Made by a program: the position numbers and the translations under genes. A DNA stretch of 63,953 nucleotides, filler included, from Reticulomyxa filosa (taxonomy: Eukaryota; Protista; Foraminifera): the NCBI GenBank assembly GCA_000512085.1. It is 25 parts of 25 records of this genome, joined end to end, with 100 filler letters (N's around TTAATTAATTAA, not from the genome) between each part and the next. Parts side by side here need not be neighbours in the genome. Positions count along the whole stretch, not along the records: positions 10,779 to 12,647 come from ASPP01007572.1; positions 12,748 to 14,197 come from ASPP01021569.1; positions 14,298 to 15,297 come from ASPP01046603.1; positions 15,398 to 16,490 come from ASPP01026012.1; positions 16,591 to 20,788 come from ASPP01041447.1; positions 20,889 to 22,841 come from ASPP01005872.1; positions 22,942 to 24,037 come from ASPP01020247.1; positions 24,138 to 25,137 come from ASPP01049746.1; 17 more parts are not named here. One strand, 5' to 3'. Shown in pieces: positions 12,572 to 26,775 of this stretch; position 1 is the stretch's first letter; each line of letters opens with the position of its first letter. The notes beneath the pieces are model-generated. The model did not search any database. It was not told the DNA's origin and saw nothing but the letters and a program-made list of their open reading frames with translations.

Positions 12572-13219
12572 TGACACAAGACTTACAGATTATATATACA
12601 TATATACATGTATATATGCATATATATGTGTACATATATATATATATNNNNNNNNNNNNNNNNNNNNNNNNNNNNNNNNNNNNNNNNNNNNTTAATTAAT
12701 TAANNNNNNNNNNNNNNNNNNNNNNNNNNNNNNNNNNNNNNNNNNNNGAAAGATTAAAATTTTTGAAAAAATTGTAAAGACTTAATAAAAAACCAAAATA
12801 ATATTTAAAAACTACAAGATTCGTAGATATTTTTAAAAAATTTTGATTAAATGTTGTTTTTTCATGGAGAAACACAATCATCTCTATAAGGTGGCATTTT
12901 AGGTATCAATGTTCTTTTTTATCCTACTGTAATATAAATGGCTTCTATTCGAAGTTACAAATTTTAGAACAAAATCTATGTCATTCACAACCGCATATTT
13001 GTTTGCTTCAATAATATTTTTGTTCTGAGAAGCAAAATACAGATTATCACTTTCAATATTTGTATAATCATTATTGGAGTGAAAAAGGAAGAACTGAAAT
13101 TCTTTGCAGAAGAGATTTTCATTCAACTAAAAGATTGTTATGCCCAAGTTTGATATGTTGGGCTATGAATCTTATTGGATATAAATATCATATCCAGGTC
13201 AAAATAAACCTTTATTATT

Positions 13220-14175
13220 TTGAGTATTTACAGAAATATTCAAAAATATGAAGTAGTTTCAAAAGAGGCAAAAGAAAATAAAGAAGATTGTAGACCTTTT
13301 AATAACAAGGCATTTTATTTGCGTGAATTTGAAAAAGAATTGTCAGCTGCTAAAAAAATTAGTGGCCACATCATAATAGTGGAGACCGGAATACACATCA
13401 TCCTGCTTGGCTAAATAAAAACGTCGATGAAGTAGGAGAGTCCATTCTTGATTTTATATCTCAAATAATTTGCATACTTAAATTCATATCCATTTGATTG
13501 CCTATTATAAAGAAAATTGCTCGCCGTGCATTGATATAACACTATGTTCTTCATCATTAACAGACCTTTGTTGCAATTGGAGAACTGATGATTATAAATT
13601 AGATTCTCAATCTGATCATTTACCTATCACTTTCAACATTCTTGCACAAAGAACACCTCAACATATTAAACGACAAAAAATTTTCTGTCAAGTAATAATT
13701 TGGAATTATTTCGACAATATTAACAAAAAATTTAGAAATATAGACAAATACACTAATGAACACACTCCAAAATTCTCCAAAGTTTCTAGATCAAGCAGTG
13801 AAATCTTGGAGTTTGTATGTTGTTGATACGGAAAGATACGGCCATACAAAAAATTAGTTTAAAAGGAAAAAAACCTTGGTGGAGTAATAGGCTGCATAAA
13901 CGACTCAAGAAAGTGCATCAATTGAAAAGAAATTTTAGAAAATATAGAATATCAGAAAATTACGAAAGATACAAGGAAGAAGATCGATTATTTAAATGTA
14001 TACTTCGACAAAAAACAAATGTACATTACAAAAAGTATAGAGTCGTTACATGAAATATTCTGCCAGTTTATGTCATTGAATTCAAATAAAGTTGAAATCT
14101 ATCATTAATAATTCCAAAAAAGATAGAGTCACATACTTAATTGCTGAAACTGCTAGATAAAGCAAATTTTTTAGC
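13220..14175 (+). mobile_element. Decayed non-LTR retrotransposon (APE endonuclease plus pre-RT region)
   Basis: SIYR; IIIVGDxNTHHPAW across a frameshift; IDITLCSSSL; SDHLPITF (APE endonuclease signature); KKPWWSNRLHKRLKKVHQLKRNFRK (linker before RT). Multiple stops and frameshifts. Confidence 0.82.
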
Positions 14176-14177
14176 TA

Positions 14178-14197
14178 CAGTAGGTTGCAAAGAAAAC
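14178..14197 (+). mobile_element. Putative DNA-transposon end (copy 2), adjoining the LINE remnant
   Basis: TA|CAGTAGGTTGCAAAGAAAAC, 19/20 identical to 10624-10643, ending at a contig break. Confidence 0.55.
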
Positions 14198-15493
14198 NNN
14201 NNNNNNNNNNNNNNNNNNNNNNNNNNNNNNNNNNNNNNNNNTTAATTAATTAANNNNNNNNNNNNNNNNNNNNNNNNNNNNNNNNNNNNNNNNNNNNAAA
14301 AAAAAAGTGTTAACACACTTCATCTATGAAAAAAAATAAGTGGTTGAAGTCCACCCCGTATGGAGAAAAAAAAAAAAGGGTTTGTACATTTATATATACG
14401 TTTTTGTTTGTATAAAAATATGCTTTTATTTGTTTGTCTTTGTCAATAGGCATGCCCACATCAATGAAAAAATATATATATTTGTACATATAAATAAAAA
14501 ATGTATTTCTTTATACACAAAGTTATTTTTTTTGAAGAAAAATAGGAATTGGATTATGAATAGAACCAGGTTCCGTTCTGCAAAGGTATTGTCTATGTTT
14601 GTTTTTTTCTTTAAAAATAAAAAAACTCTTTGTTGTTTTACAGATTTCAAGACTCAAGGCAAATATGAAAAATGATTGTGTGAAGGTGGAGGAGGGGGAT
14701 ACTAAATTTGGAAAAAAGAATGGGAAAAAATAATTAAAAAAATTGGTGAATATTATGAAAAAAATGGAAAAAATTATAGGGAAAAAGAAATAAAAAAAAA
14801 TGATTGAAGAAAAAAAATAAAAAAAAATGAATAAAGAAAAAAAATAAAAAAGGAAAAATAAGAAAAAAAAAAATAAAAAGGAAGAAAATGAATAAAAATG
14901 AGAAAAAAAGAAAAAAAAGTTGAGGTAAGTTAATATATTTTTTGTTATCTTTATTTAAAATATATAAAACGTTTGAATGTATATGAATGATTTGAACACA
15001 GCAAAAAACGATGGAGCCAATGTGGGCAAGTTTGTAGAAAAAAAGTATTGGAAGAGGCACCAGCGAACGAGCAAGCAAAAGGGAATGAGTTGAATGACAA
15101 GTTGTCATTGGTCGAATTGGATGGATACAAGAGCGAATTGACTATCATCGTCACCTTGAGTGACAAGTGCATGGTGACATTGGACCTGTTTTGCAAAGGC
15201 CACCTGTTATCAGGTCGAGATGGAGGAGCGATGGACGACGATGTGAAAATGTCACAAATGTTGGAAGCAATATCATGGGATGGGGGAAGATACGTTANNN
15301 NNNNNNNNNNNNNNNNNNNNNNNNNNNNNNNNNNNNNNNNNTTAATTAATTAANNNNNNNNNNNNNNNNNNNNNNNNNNNNNNNNNNNNNNNNNNNNAAT
15401 GAACTATTATAAAAAGTAAATTTTTATGGATAGAATCATATGTCGTTTTTTTTTTTAAAACTATTAGTATTGGTATTAAATAATAAAGATATA

Positions 15494-16490
15494 ATGTCTG
15501 CATTACTTTCGTTTTTACTGGATGTGCCAGTATCTTGTAAGGAAGACATGGCAAACAAACTCTGGGACAAACTAGACAAAGTACACGACTGCCAGCCAGT
15601 AAAAGATCTTTTACATTTAGAGCAAAGTGAATGGGACGAGATTTTCACGCAAATTGGAGAAGCCAAAGCCACAAAACGCAGAATTATGGAAGCACTGGAT
15701 GCCCTCTGTCTGAAATCAGATTTAGGCATTCAGTTAATCAAAAATGAATCTTTTTACTGTTTTTTTTTTATTATTTGCTAAGATTTACAATATTAACTTG
15801 AGCTGTATAAAACAATACAATTGAATAGATCAAAATCAATTGAACAACCACAAGGTGAATTCCTCTTAAATTGGTTTAATATTATTATTATAGATTTTGG
15901 AATAGATTTTTTCGTCCTCTCCCCCCCCCCTCCTTCCTAATATGATATTGTTTAAAAAAAAAATAGAATGTCATCTAGGATACGATGAAAAAGAGGCAAT
16001 GGGACATATTATAAAGATCGTAAACGGACAAACAGAAAAAATTTTGCGACTTTATGTTTACGCACCAAATGAAAGTCGAATCATGGTTAATTTCAAGGAT
16101 TATTCAAATGGTTTGTTTGCCCTAAAAAAAAAAGTCAATTTTTGTTTTGATATGTTGCGTATCTCTTAAAAAGAGTATGTGATAACTAGGGTACCATCAA
16201 TTGGAGAATATCGGTGATGATATATTTTATGATGATTTTGAAGTCGAACAAAAGAAATTAAATATTTACGTCTGCTGTAATGGACAAACCATTTCCCATT
16301 CTATCTCATCCCGACTGGTGATTTCTCTTACTAAAATTCAAAGTGGATCTTCATTCACTTTGAATGAAGTTACAATACTGAATCATCTAATCAAGACCAA
16401 TGATTGACTATCTTTTCAGATTGCAGTTCGTGCTGCAGAGGATATAAGAGCAGAGATCTGTGAAGCATTGTCAGGACAAAATAATCTTAT
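15494..16490 (+). CDS. Hypothetical multi-exon protein with SAM-like N-terminus, truncated
   Basis: MSALLSFLLDVPVSCKEDMANKLWDKLDKVHDCQPVKDLLHLEQSEWDEIFTQIGEAKATKRRIMEAL resembles the SAM helical pattern; further exons near 15967-16110 and 16190-16300. Confidence 0.45.
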
Positions 16491-19400
16491 NNNNNNNNNN
16501 NNNNNNNNNNNNNNNNNNNNNNNNNNNNNNNNNNTTAATTAATTAANNNNNNNNNNNNNNNNNNNNNNNNNNNNNNNNNNNNNNNNNNNNCCCTTTTGAA
16601 AAAGTCATGGAATTGTCTTGGGGAACACAGAAAGGTTCAAGATAAAATATATATATATTCAGACGCAAAGGAAGTGGTTAACTTGATGTTAAAAAACAAA
16701 AAACAAATATGTTCAATGAAAGGAATTAAATGTGCAATTGATTATGTGAAAAGACAAATTGGTTGATAAAGATGGTGCAATCAAAATCATTGATGGAAAA
16801 AGTTATAAAAGTATTGGAAGGAGGTGCAACATTCTTATTGTGATTGGATCAGAAAGGATTAAAAGAAATAGTTTAGTGTATTGGGCTGTCAGTCGAAATA
16901 TCATATTCATTAAAGTGGAAAATCCAAAAGAATAAAATATCACTGAATGAGGGAATCAATCTTTTTTTTTAATATCTGGAATATTTTTGTTGTTTAAAAT
17001 ATGTATTGAATTAAAATGGAAAAGGCAAATCAGATACATTTTACCCATGTGGTATGACATTCAGACACGCCTATGAAAAAGGGACGAAAGAGTTATAAGT
17101 TCAATTGACAACTTATTGGGATTATATTACAATTGAAGCGCTTAAAAACAAATGTCCAGGTTTTATGGGTGATTGGAGTTGCAACATTGTGAAGCCTTTG
17201 ATGGAGTTAAAATCATGGAATAAAATGAGTTGGCGGTTGTTCATAGAGATCATTGTATTATTTAAATTTGTATAAAATATTGAACCCGATTTTGGTACGA
17301 TTTGATAATTGATGGACTGCAAATCTAGTGGTTCAAATATTCATAAAAACAAAGAATGGTTGAAAAAGCAACCGAATTGAAAGATAAAGGTAGCTATGAA
17401 AGTGTGACGTATTTGTATTGTAGTGGTAATAAATCATTTCTTCCTCCTTATGAGGGAAATATGCTATCAATTGTAAAATATTATCTAAATCACTTTGAAA
17501 TACATTTGATCAAAAAAATGGATACTCACAGTAATGCTATTATTTGTTAAATATCCATCACTTACTTGTTTTTGCTCATGCTCTTTTGAATTGTTTTTTG
17601 TTATGCTGTGAATGCGTGATTTTACAATTGATCTGTTAAACAAAACAATACGACGCATTCGATGAAAAAAATACCAACGCGTGACGATAAGCACATAAAA
17701 GAAGGAAGATTTTTGTCATATTCAATAGTAGAAAGTTGGTCATTGCATTACAAACTTGATCGTATGAAAGATAAGGCATTTTTCTATGCCGGCAGCTACG
17801 AAACACTTGTTCTTTCTTTTGTTGAAAATTACTGGGTTCTGCCTTTCACATTTTTTGTTTTTAATTGGAAATATTTTTAATCCGTTAACCTTTTTAGAGC
17901 AGGCTGAGATTAGCTTGAAAAGAACTTTGAAATGAGAAAAACATTAGCTTTTTTTCTGCGTTTAACTATTGCAAATGTGTACAAACAAAGTGCAACAAAT
18001 TACATTTTTCCAATTAACTCGGCATTGCTGTAAATCATTTGCCACAAACTTTTGTTTTTTCTTAAAGCGGCTTTATTGCTCACTTGATATTCTTTTGTTC
18101 GGCGAGCGGAGGGGACAAACTGAGTAGAAAATATTGAGTGGAAACTTTTAGTTGTTGGCAGCAGCGTTAAATCCACCTTGGTGTTGGTGATTCAACATTC
18201 ATTAAATGTATTCATGGTGTCAAGTGCAAATAATGAATGTGCAATTCAACTGGGAATGGGCAAACACGCTTGGACCACCACGACAACATAAATATATTTA
18301 CAACATCAATGAACAGCTATCAGCTACTTGAAGAATTAATTACATGGAAACGTAAGCAATATTCACAAGTCAATGGCCTGGAAACAGTATCGTTGGTGCA
18401 AATTTTCAATAATGAATCAATACAATCAAAGAACGAAATTATACGTATTCCCCGGAACAAGCTACCGGTCAATTCAAAGTAGTCCAATAAGAGCCCGCAT
18501 AACAAAACGCCTTTCATAAATATGTTCCTATGTCGGCAATCTCCTCAACATTTTATAAATCGGGCTTCGAATCAACATTATACAGGTAAATAACATTGAC
18601 TAAAAGATCAAATGTGAAAAAAAAAATGCTCATTAAAAAAAAAAAATTGTACGTTTACGTATATCAGATATAACAAGGGAAGTATGTATTGCAAATATAA
18701 GGAATTTGATTCAAAAATGATTTTAAAAAATAACAAAAATAATATTGCACTTACAAATGTCAAAGCGGAAGTGTTGATAACACCATCATCGAATGGAATA
18801 TGCAGACTGTGCCAACAATCAGGAATGGGCATGGCATTCAAGGCACTATTTGCAATAAATTGTCCCAGGTACCACATCGACACGAGAGCAGAACTCAGCT
18901 GCAAACACTGCATATCATCGCAGCAAATTTGTCATTCCAAAGTATCGCTGTCAAATTATTATCATCGACTTGCAAAACTTCGCCGGCTATGTTGCAAGTA
19001 TTATCCAATCCTACAATGTTAAGTTAGTTTTTTTTTTTTTTTTTTAAAAACAAATAAACAAAAAATTGTACATATCATACAGATCGTCAAGATATATTTG
19101 ATAATGTGATAGCATTGCAAAGTGAGTCCTGGACAGACAGCGATGAAATCTTCAACGTGTGGTTCGACCAGCAACTGCTAGTACAAGTCGTGAGTGAAGA
19201 TTCGTTTACATTGCCCGATTCCCCATTATATGCCCTTAAGGTGACTGAAGCGCTATTGGCGCAAATAAGAGAAATTTGCATAACGCAACCGACGAGCAAT
19301 TCTATTGTAAGTCGGCCGTGATGCTTATACTCTTTTTGTGCAAAGATGCGCTGATTTCTCCAAAAGTGGCTTACAATGGCACTTACGCCGCCAATGCAAG

Positions 19401-20989
19401 ATCCACATGGCCGAACTCGCTTGCCTTCACACATTGCCTCACTCCGACACATTCGCAATAAACAATACTATGCATGTCTACAAAAAATTTCATCATCCAA
19501 TCTACATCGACTATGTCCTGCTTCCAAGTTATCTTTCTTTTATTTATTTTTTGTTTCTGCGATAAAGACTCTACATCTTGTCTGTGGCTTGTGTACAGTA
19601 TAAGTGTGGCTCTTGAAGATGTAAACAAAGCGGCGCAAATGATTGTTGAATTGGAGAAGCAGCAGATGATGATTGCATTCCACCACTATCGTTGTGGTCA
19701 CTTAATGTGATATTTGGATTGCAATATTGTGCACCAGATAATGTAAAATCTTTTTTTTTTTTGTTTATCTGCAATCTATAAATATATGTTGTGTGTTTGT
19801 CACAATAGAATCATCACCAATTGTAATTAGAAAAAAAAAAAGAAGAATAAGGGGTAGAAACCACCCCCGTATCCGAAAGGAAAAAAAAAGGTTTGCCTTA
19901 TTTATATCTTTTTTTTATACATACATATATAATGTTTTGTGTTTTATACATAGGTTCCCCCGTCCGGCAATGATTGTACCACTCGGTCCCTATATCCACA
20001 CACACAAAATAAAAATAAGAAAATAAAAAATGAAAAGAAAATCGGGGGTCGAAATCCACATCGCTTCCGAAAGGAGCAAAAAAAGTATGTTTATGTTTGT
20101 ATGTGCTTTTATATAAACTTTTATTATATAACGTTATGTGTTTGTATTTATGTTTATTAAGTAATAGGAATTCCCCCTTCAAAGAAAAAAAATTTATATA
20201 TTTATATTTATGTTTATTTATTTTTATTCACAATCCCCCCCAAAAACAAAACAAAATTTGTTAAGTGTATATAGGAAAAAAAAAAACTAAACTTAGAACG
20301 GATCCACTTGCAGTTAAACATTTCTTTTTTTGTCTTTGAAAAAATTATGAAATATAACTATGTTTGTGTTTGTGTGTAGATAACAGGTATACCAAATTTT
20401 TTTAAAAAGGGAATTATGAAAAAAGGTTAAGTTGGGAAGAAAAAAATGTTATAAGTGGGGATGAAGAAAAAAGATTTAAGGGGGGTTAAAAATGTATTAA
20501 TAAAAAAAATTTTAAAAAGGGGAAAATGAAGAAGGGGGGGAAGAAAAAAAAGATTATAATAAAAAAGAAAAAGGAAATGGAAAAAAGAAAAATAAATAGA
20601 AAAATAAATAGAAAAAAGAAAAAAAAAAAAAGAAAATAGAAAATTGTAAAAAAAAAAAAGAAATGAAAAAAGTAAAAAAAGAAAGGAAAAAAAGAAAAAG
20701 AAATAAGGTTTTAATTTTATTTTTTAAATTTTTTTTTGTTGGAGAAAATACAATTTCATCTAATCATGCAACAATTTTCTCTAACTCANNNNNNNNNNNN
20801 NNNNNNNNNNNNNNNNNNNNNNNNNNNNNNNNTTAATTAATTAANNNNNNNNNNNNNNNNNNNNNNNNNNNNNNNNNNNNNNNNNNNNTCATAGTCATTT
20901 AATTGGAGTTTGTGTGTTATATACATATACACATATATGTATATTTATACATATGTATATATATATATAATGTAGCTTTAAAATGTTTC

Positions 20990-21519
20990 GTTTTTGCCCT
21001 TGTCTTACTCACTCTATTTCCTTCGTGCAATATAGAAAAAGGAGGAATCAAAACTTGCTGTGTTGCCATTGAAAAGTGAATTGAATCATGTTCCAACCAA
21101 CGAAAATTACTTTCGTCGAAAATAACACATATCAATTCGCTTAAAATGGACACGATTTGTCCTCTTTGCCATTGTTTGTCTTCGACAGACCATATCCATA
21201 CCCACGCCCCAATTCTAAACTGCATGCTCATTTTTTTAAAAAAATTATATTTTTTCCTATTCGTTTAATATAATTGCCCAGCATAAAGCGCTTAACTTCT
21301 ATCGTCTTTGGTTCTGAATAAGACAATGTTAGAGCACGTTTTGGAGTGCCTTGTTCCTTTATCGGTTGTGCATGTGTACGCATAACTTTTAAAAGTTTTC
21401 CTCTTTTTTTTTTTGACTTGAAAACTTACACATACTCGTATTGCTTGTTCTATATCTTCAGCGTGCAATCCAAAAGCATATATTTCTTGTTGGATTTCGG
21501 AGGGTGTTTTGTTGCTCAT
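20990..21519 (-). CDS. Hypothetical protein fragment (UBA-like N-terminus plus Tudor/SH3-like barrel)
   Basis: IYAFGLHAEDIEQAIRVC, then FRIGAWVWIWSVEDKQWQRGQIVSILSELICVIFD; head-to-head with the gene at 21907. Confidence 0.4.
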
Positions 21520-21906
21520 ATTATATTTTTTTTTTACTAAAAGCTAACAAAAAAAGTAAAACAACCCAAAAAATCTCCTTCTTTGTTAAGAGAAGCAAAC
21601 TAGCGTTATAAAAATCAACGAAAACAAAACGGTGCTGTCATTTTCAATTGTAATTTCAACGTACAGAGAGTAAAAAAGTTTAAAAATGAGTTATTGATTT
21701 AGAAATTGATAAAAAAATTTATTTTTTTTTACAGTCTAGTTTGAAAAGAGTTCTTTACTGATTTAATCGTTATCTGTCCAACAATTACTCCTTGCTGTTG
21801 AACAGAAAACAGAAACTTGAACGTTCGAATTTATTTTTTTTTAACAGTCATTTCAACAGATTTTTTTTGGAAGCGATAATAGCCACAATCCAAAACAGTG
21901 TGGTGA

Positions 21907-22764
21907 ATGGATACAGAATTTCAAGACAATCGGCGGAAGTTTGTGCATATACGCGAAGCACAGCCAACGCGAAGGACACTGAACCACGAGTATTACTATC
22001 ACATGGCGAGTTTATTGTTCGAGCATAGCCAAGACTATCTGACGGCGTGTGATTGTGCGATAACGGCATGGGACCCATTGTCATCGATAGAAAACGAGAT
22101 GGAGTATGGAAGAATATTCTACGAGTTGATAAAGATACAAGTGAGTATCGCGCCGTACAGCCATCGAAGTCATTATTTGTACGCGACATTTTTGCACAGT
22201 TATTTGGAAGATATAAAAATACGGCAGCGAGCGTTGCATTTGAGTAACAACAGCATAGCAGAGACGATACGTTATGCAAACTATACACCGCCGAGTAACG
22301 ACAGCACATTGAGCACGTCGACGTCGGGCGTGTCGAGTTCGACGAATGAGTCGAAAGAGGACAACGGCACAGAAGAGAAAGCTGTGATATTGCATACAAC
22401 AACAACAACAACACCAATGACAACGCCAATGACAACAACGATGACAACAGCAATGACAACAGCAATGACAACAGCAATGACAACAGCAATGACGACAGCA
22501 ACAGAGACAACAGAGACAACAGAGACAACAGAGACAGCAACACCGACGAACCAACAAGACACAACGACCATTTATAACAATGGCAACGACAGCATCTATT
22601 ATGGGTTAAACTATACGCGAGAACAATTGGGCGAGTATCCATATTACCTGCCTCACAAAGCACGCTGCATTTCCATCATTGACAAGCATTACCAATTGTG
22701 TCTCTATTTGGATAGCCACAGATCGGCCACTTCGCTATTCGGACTTGTCCGTTCTAACACTACC

Positions 22765-22826
<62 letters not shown>

Positions 22827-22841
22827 CAATAATAATAATAA
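21907..22841 (+). CDS. Hypothetical protein (TPR-like helices, Thr-rich repeats, poly-Asn), truncated
   Basis: Open ORF running to the contig end; helical segments such as HYLYATFLHSYL and ARCISIIDKHYQLCLYLD. Confidence 0.65.
22415..22536 (+). repeat. Coding tandem repeats (ATGACAACAGCA)n and (ACAGAGACA)n
   Basis: Encode (MTTA)n and (TET)n; an (AAT)n microsatellite follows at about 22765-22841. Confidence 0.9.
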
Positions 22842-24626
22842 NNNNNNNNNNNNNNNNNNNNNNNNNNNNNNNNNNNNNNNNNNNNTTAATTAATTAANNN
22901 NNNNNNNNNNNNNNNNNNNNNNNNNNNNNNNNNNNNNNNNNCAGAGCATTGTCAATTAAGATTGAGAAAAATTGCAGCTGGACTAAAATGAAAGAAAATA
23001 ATTGGAATATCAAAATGTATACACGATAAATTCAGCACTTTTGTTCATTTTAGTTTTACTTTTTTTTTCCCATCAAGGCACTTTTTATGCAAGCACTTAA
23101 CTTCTCGACAGTGAGATCAATAAACAAAATATACGAATTCACCACAAAGGCGCAGTTTTTTCTAGAACCCTAGTTTCTACCTTTTAGTTTTTTGTTTCAA
23201 TTAAATTGAAATAACTTCTTGATATAACACTAATGTGAGGATATCAACTAAAATTTGCTTGGAAAATTATAAAATAATTTTTGATATATATGCAACCGCA
23301 AAGGCGGATACCTTTGCACACTTCAGGTAACGGAACATCGTAAAGTTTTCTTTTTTATTTTATTGATGACAACAATTTGGTCATCCGCAGAATTTTTTTG
23401 ATGAACAAGTGTACTGATGTTTTTAATTTTGCATTTGGGTGTAAGTGTTTTTTAGAAATCTTGAAAACGTTTGTTTGATTTTGAATAGATGTCCAATTTT
23501 TCGCTTTAAATATTTTTGCGATTGTATTGATTTGGCTGTTTTGTGCGGGTTGTGCTTTTTCTTTCGAAGCTGTACAAAGAATGTTTGAAATGGTTGTGTC
23601 AAAGCGATGTTTTTATGCATCGTAAACTTGTATTGATTTTGTTAGAGCTGCCAAAAATAATACAAATAGTTTCACTAATGAAATAAATTTTTCAAAGTAA
23701 AAACTTAGTGCTTAAGTTTTCAAACAATCTAAAAATCTTTAAAGAATTTTTCTAAATTACATGTTAACCACGACAGTTACTGAAATGCGCTTACTAATTT
23801 ATAAGTGCCGGATGTATTTTGCATTCCTGTAGTGTAAATTACATTTTAGAGTCATGACCGACGTAAAGTTGCGTCAAACAACACTTTGACAACAATTCCT
23901 CTTATTATTTAAGTAATAAGACAGCACATTCACATTTCCTACACTAGCTCACAAAAGATTTTTTTTTTATATGATATCGACATAAACAATAATTTCTTTG
24001 TCTATTGGTAATACTTGACAAATTAAACAACTGAAAGNNNNNNNNNNNNNNNNNNNNNNNNNNNNNNNNNNNNNNNNNNNNTTAATTAATTAANNNNNNN
24101 NNNNNNNNNNNNNNNNNNNNNNNNNNNNNNNNNNNNNATGGTAAGGTGTTTGCTTGTTGTTAGGAAAGTCCAAAAACATAATATAGTACTAGGATGTTGT
24201 CAATACTGTTCACCTTTTCTCAGACACCTAGCTTCTGAAGCTTTGCATGATAAGATGTGAAAAGGATTTTTTTTTTTTCAAGACTCATAGTCATAATTGA
24301 CTCCATCATTTTATTTAAAGAAATTTCCTTTAGTCCTTTAAGTTATCTTTTACGCCAATCTAATCATCAGACTATTCTAGCATAGTTTTCCTAGTTTGAG
24401 AAAAAATATTTGACGTATTGAATATCTGGGCAATATTTAAAATATATTTCAATTAGTCATAGCATTTACTTTAGTCCGCGATTTTTATTGATAATATTGT
24501 TGAATCGAATTTCTTAGCAACAAGTTTGGTGTGATAGGCAACTGCAGAAACGAAAGGGTTGGGTTGTATTCATATTTGGATTTTTGATACAAGAAAAACC
24601 ATCTCGATCTAAATTGATTGAGAGAT

Positions 24627-25050
24627 ATGAGTGCTCCCTCTTCGGAAGAAGAAACTAAAATACGCGCTCTTTTAACTAAATGTCTCAAAAAAGAGGAGGT
24701 AGACAAACTGGTGAATTATCTGTTGAATACAGTCGAGTGTGCAGAGTTGGATGATGTTATTGATCTTTCAGCGAAGACTTGGCAAGAAATCTTTGGGAAT
24801 GTGAAGATAGCGCCTGTCCCAAAGAAGAAGTTACTGAAAGAAATAAATAAAAAGCGTCCTGAGTCAAAGCAGCTGGATGTTGACCAAATTGTTGATGCAA
24901 TGGAAACAAGGTTTGTAATTACTATCTATACGTAAGCGTTTTACTCAATACACACATAAATAATAATGAAATAGCAAAGAAGAAACGAAACCGATTGCAA
25001 CTACTTCGGATGAAAAGAAAATTGTGAATGAAGAGGTCAAGGATTCACAG
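24627..25050 (+). CDS. Hypothetical protein with SAM-like N-terminus, truncated
   Basis: MSAPSSEEETKIRALLTKCLKKEEVDKLVNYLLNTVECAELDDVIDLSAKTWQEIFGNVKIAPVPKKKLLKEINK; GT donor near 24911. Confidence 0.5.
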
Positions 25051-26775
25051 TTAAAAAAAATATATAGTCATTAGTTATATGGAAAATTTTTGTGTTGCCC
25101 AAATTAAACAGTCATTAAAACTCTTCATATCTTTACGNNNNNNNNNNNNNNNNNNNNNNNNNNNNNNNNNNNNNNNNNNNNTTAATTAATTAANNNNNNN
25201 NNNNNNNNNNNNNNNNNNNNNNNNNNNNNNNNNNNNNTCTTCCACTCCTTCGTCAATTCAGTCGCTACACCATATAATGTCAAACCCATCTTCTTTTTTT
25301 TCTTTTTGACGATCTCGCTTTTATGTTATGGTAGCACCAAGGTCTGCATTGTTTGAGATTGATCTGGAAACAAACACAAATTGGCGACCCACCTTCCTTG
25401 TTCACCAAGTGCCGATCATCTTTGCTAGATTGTCTCCTGTATCGATAAACACAAGGCATGCGACTCTCGCGGCGATAGAATTAGAAAATACAGCCAACTA
25501 TCTCTTCACCAATCATCAATGTCTCGCGAGCCAAAATTGCGAATGCACACATACGATTATCGTTTCTTGGTTCAAGTAGGTGTGATGATGGCATACTTTG
25601 GTCTTGTCGAATGGAGAGGATTTCCAATACATCTAACGTCTGGATTGGCGATCTAAGTATGGATGGTAATATTCTTATTTTCTTTATTATTGGACGTATT
25701 CGTTGTTTTTATTCTTTATCACTTTCTGCATGTCATGGTTTAGCGGATTTTGAGTATGCCAAAGTTTTCTACGCGCTTCAAAATTCAAAATTCACGTCGA
25801 CTTGGACATAGTGTAAAGGAATATAAAGCAACTCACGTTTTTTCAAGTGCTGGTGATAATGTGACAAAAAAAAAAAATCGATTTTTACCACTGTCGATCC
25901 ATAATCGAGCATGAGACAGTCCACAAAGATAATCGGCGATTGTGCGATAAACGAAAGGTTGTCATTGGACTGCGCTTGATATTAACACACGTGCAGTAAC
26001 TTCCATTGGAGTGGAGATGGTGCACACCTATGTGAACGAATTTCATGTTTGAGAATGCGCAATGCTCGATGTCGCCCGTGAGCTTACAATTCCTCTTATC
26101 ATCACGCGCATGACTTAAAGCCAAATTTGCGCATATGCGCACACAAAACTAATTTCGACACGGTGCCCAATCTGCGTTCCAATTATTATCTTACATTTAT
26201 AAAATTAGCGTCATTTCAATAGCGACAGAGTTTCCCTTGCTGTTGGCGCTGGTAGATCGCGGTTGGATTATTTATTTGCCAATAATTCTTGGCGTGTCAA
26301 AGCACCGAGACTTGTGTGTTGCCTATGTTGATAGCAAACAATTTCTTTTAAATACGTGATAGCACTTCTTGAAATTGCCATATTCGCTCAACACTTTCGC
26401 AAGTGGAGACTTTGCGCGTTTCCAGGCGTAAAAAGTAAGTCCATATAACCAATTTTAATAAAGCAGGNNNNNNNNNNNNNNNNNNNNNNNNNNNNNNNNN
26501 NNNNNNNNNNNTTAATTAATTAANNNNNNNNNNNNNNNNNNNNNNNNNNNNNNNNNNNNNNNNNNNNGTTGGACCGATGCGAATATTTGGTCTGCGGAGA
26601 TGCTTTGATGCAAGCGTTTAAGTGTGAAGTTTAAAAGATAAGAATTTTTTTTTTTTTGTTGTATACACCATATGCATATATACATATATACATGTATATA
26701 TGTATATATGTATATGTGTATAGTATATTGATTTTGATTGCAACCAATCAAATTCAAAAAAAAAAAAAAAAAAAG

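Noticed and set aside
16591-17560. Coding-like degraded sequence, possibly a transposase remnant
   Set aside because: All frames are broken and no diagnostic motif was recognised.
18237-19710. Probable multi-exon plus-strand gene
   Set aside because: Exon-like blocks are present but no consistent frame or family could be assigned.
20400-20705. Purine-only A/G tracts here and at about 14700-14920
   Set aside because: Aperiodic low-complexity sequence, probably poor-quality reads through poly-A introns; no structure.
25238-26467. Possible SET-like pseudogene on the minus strand (AILARETLMIGEEI)
   Set aside because: No NHxCxPN or ELxxDY motif found; resemblance too weak.
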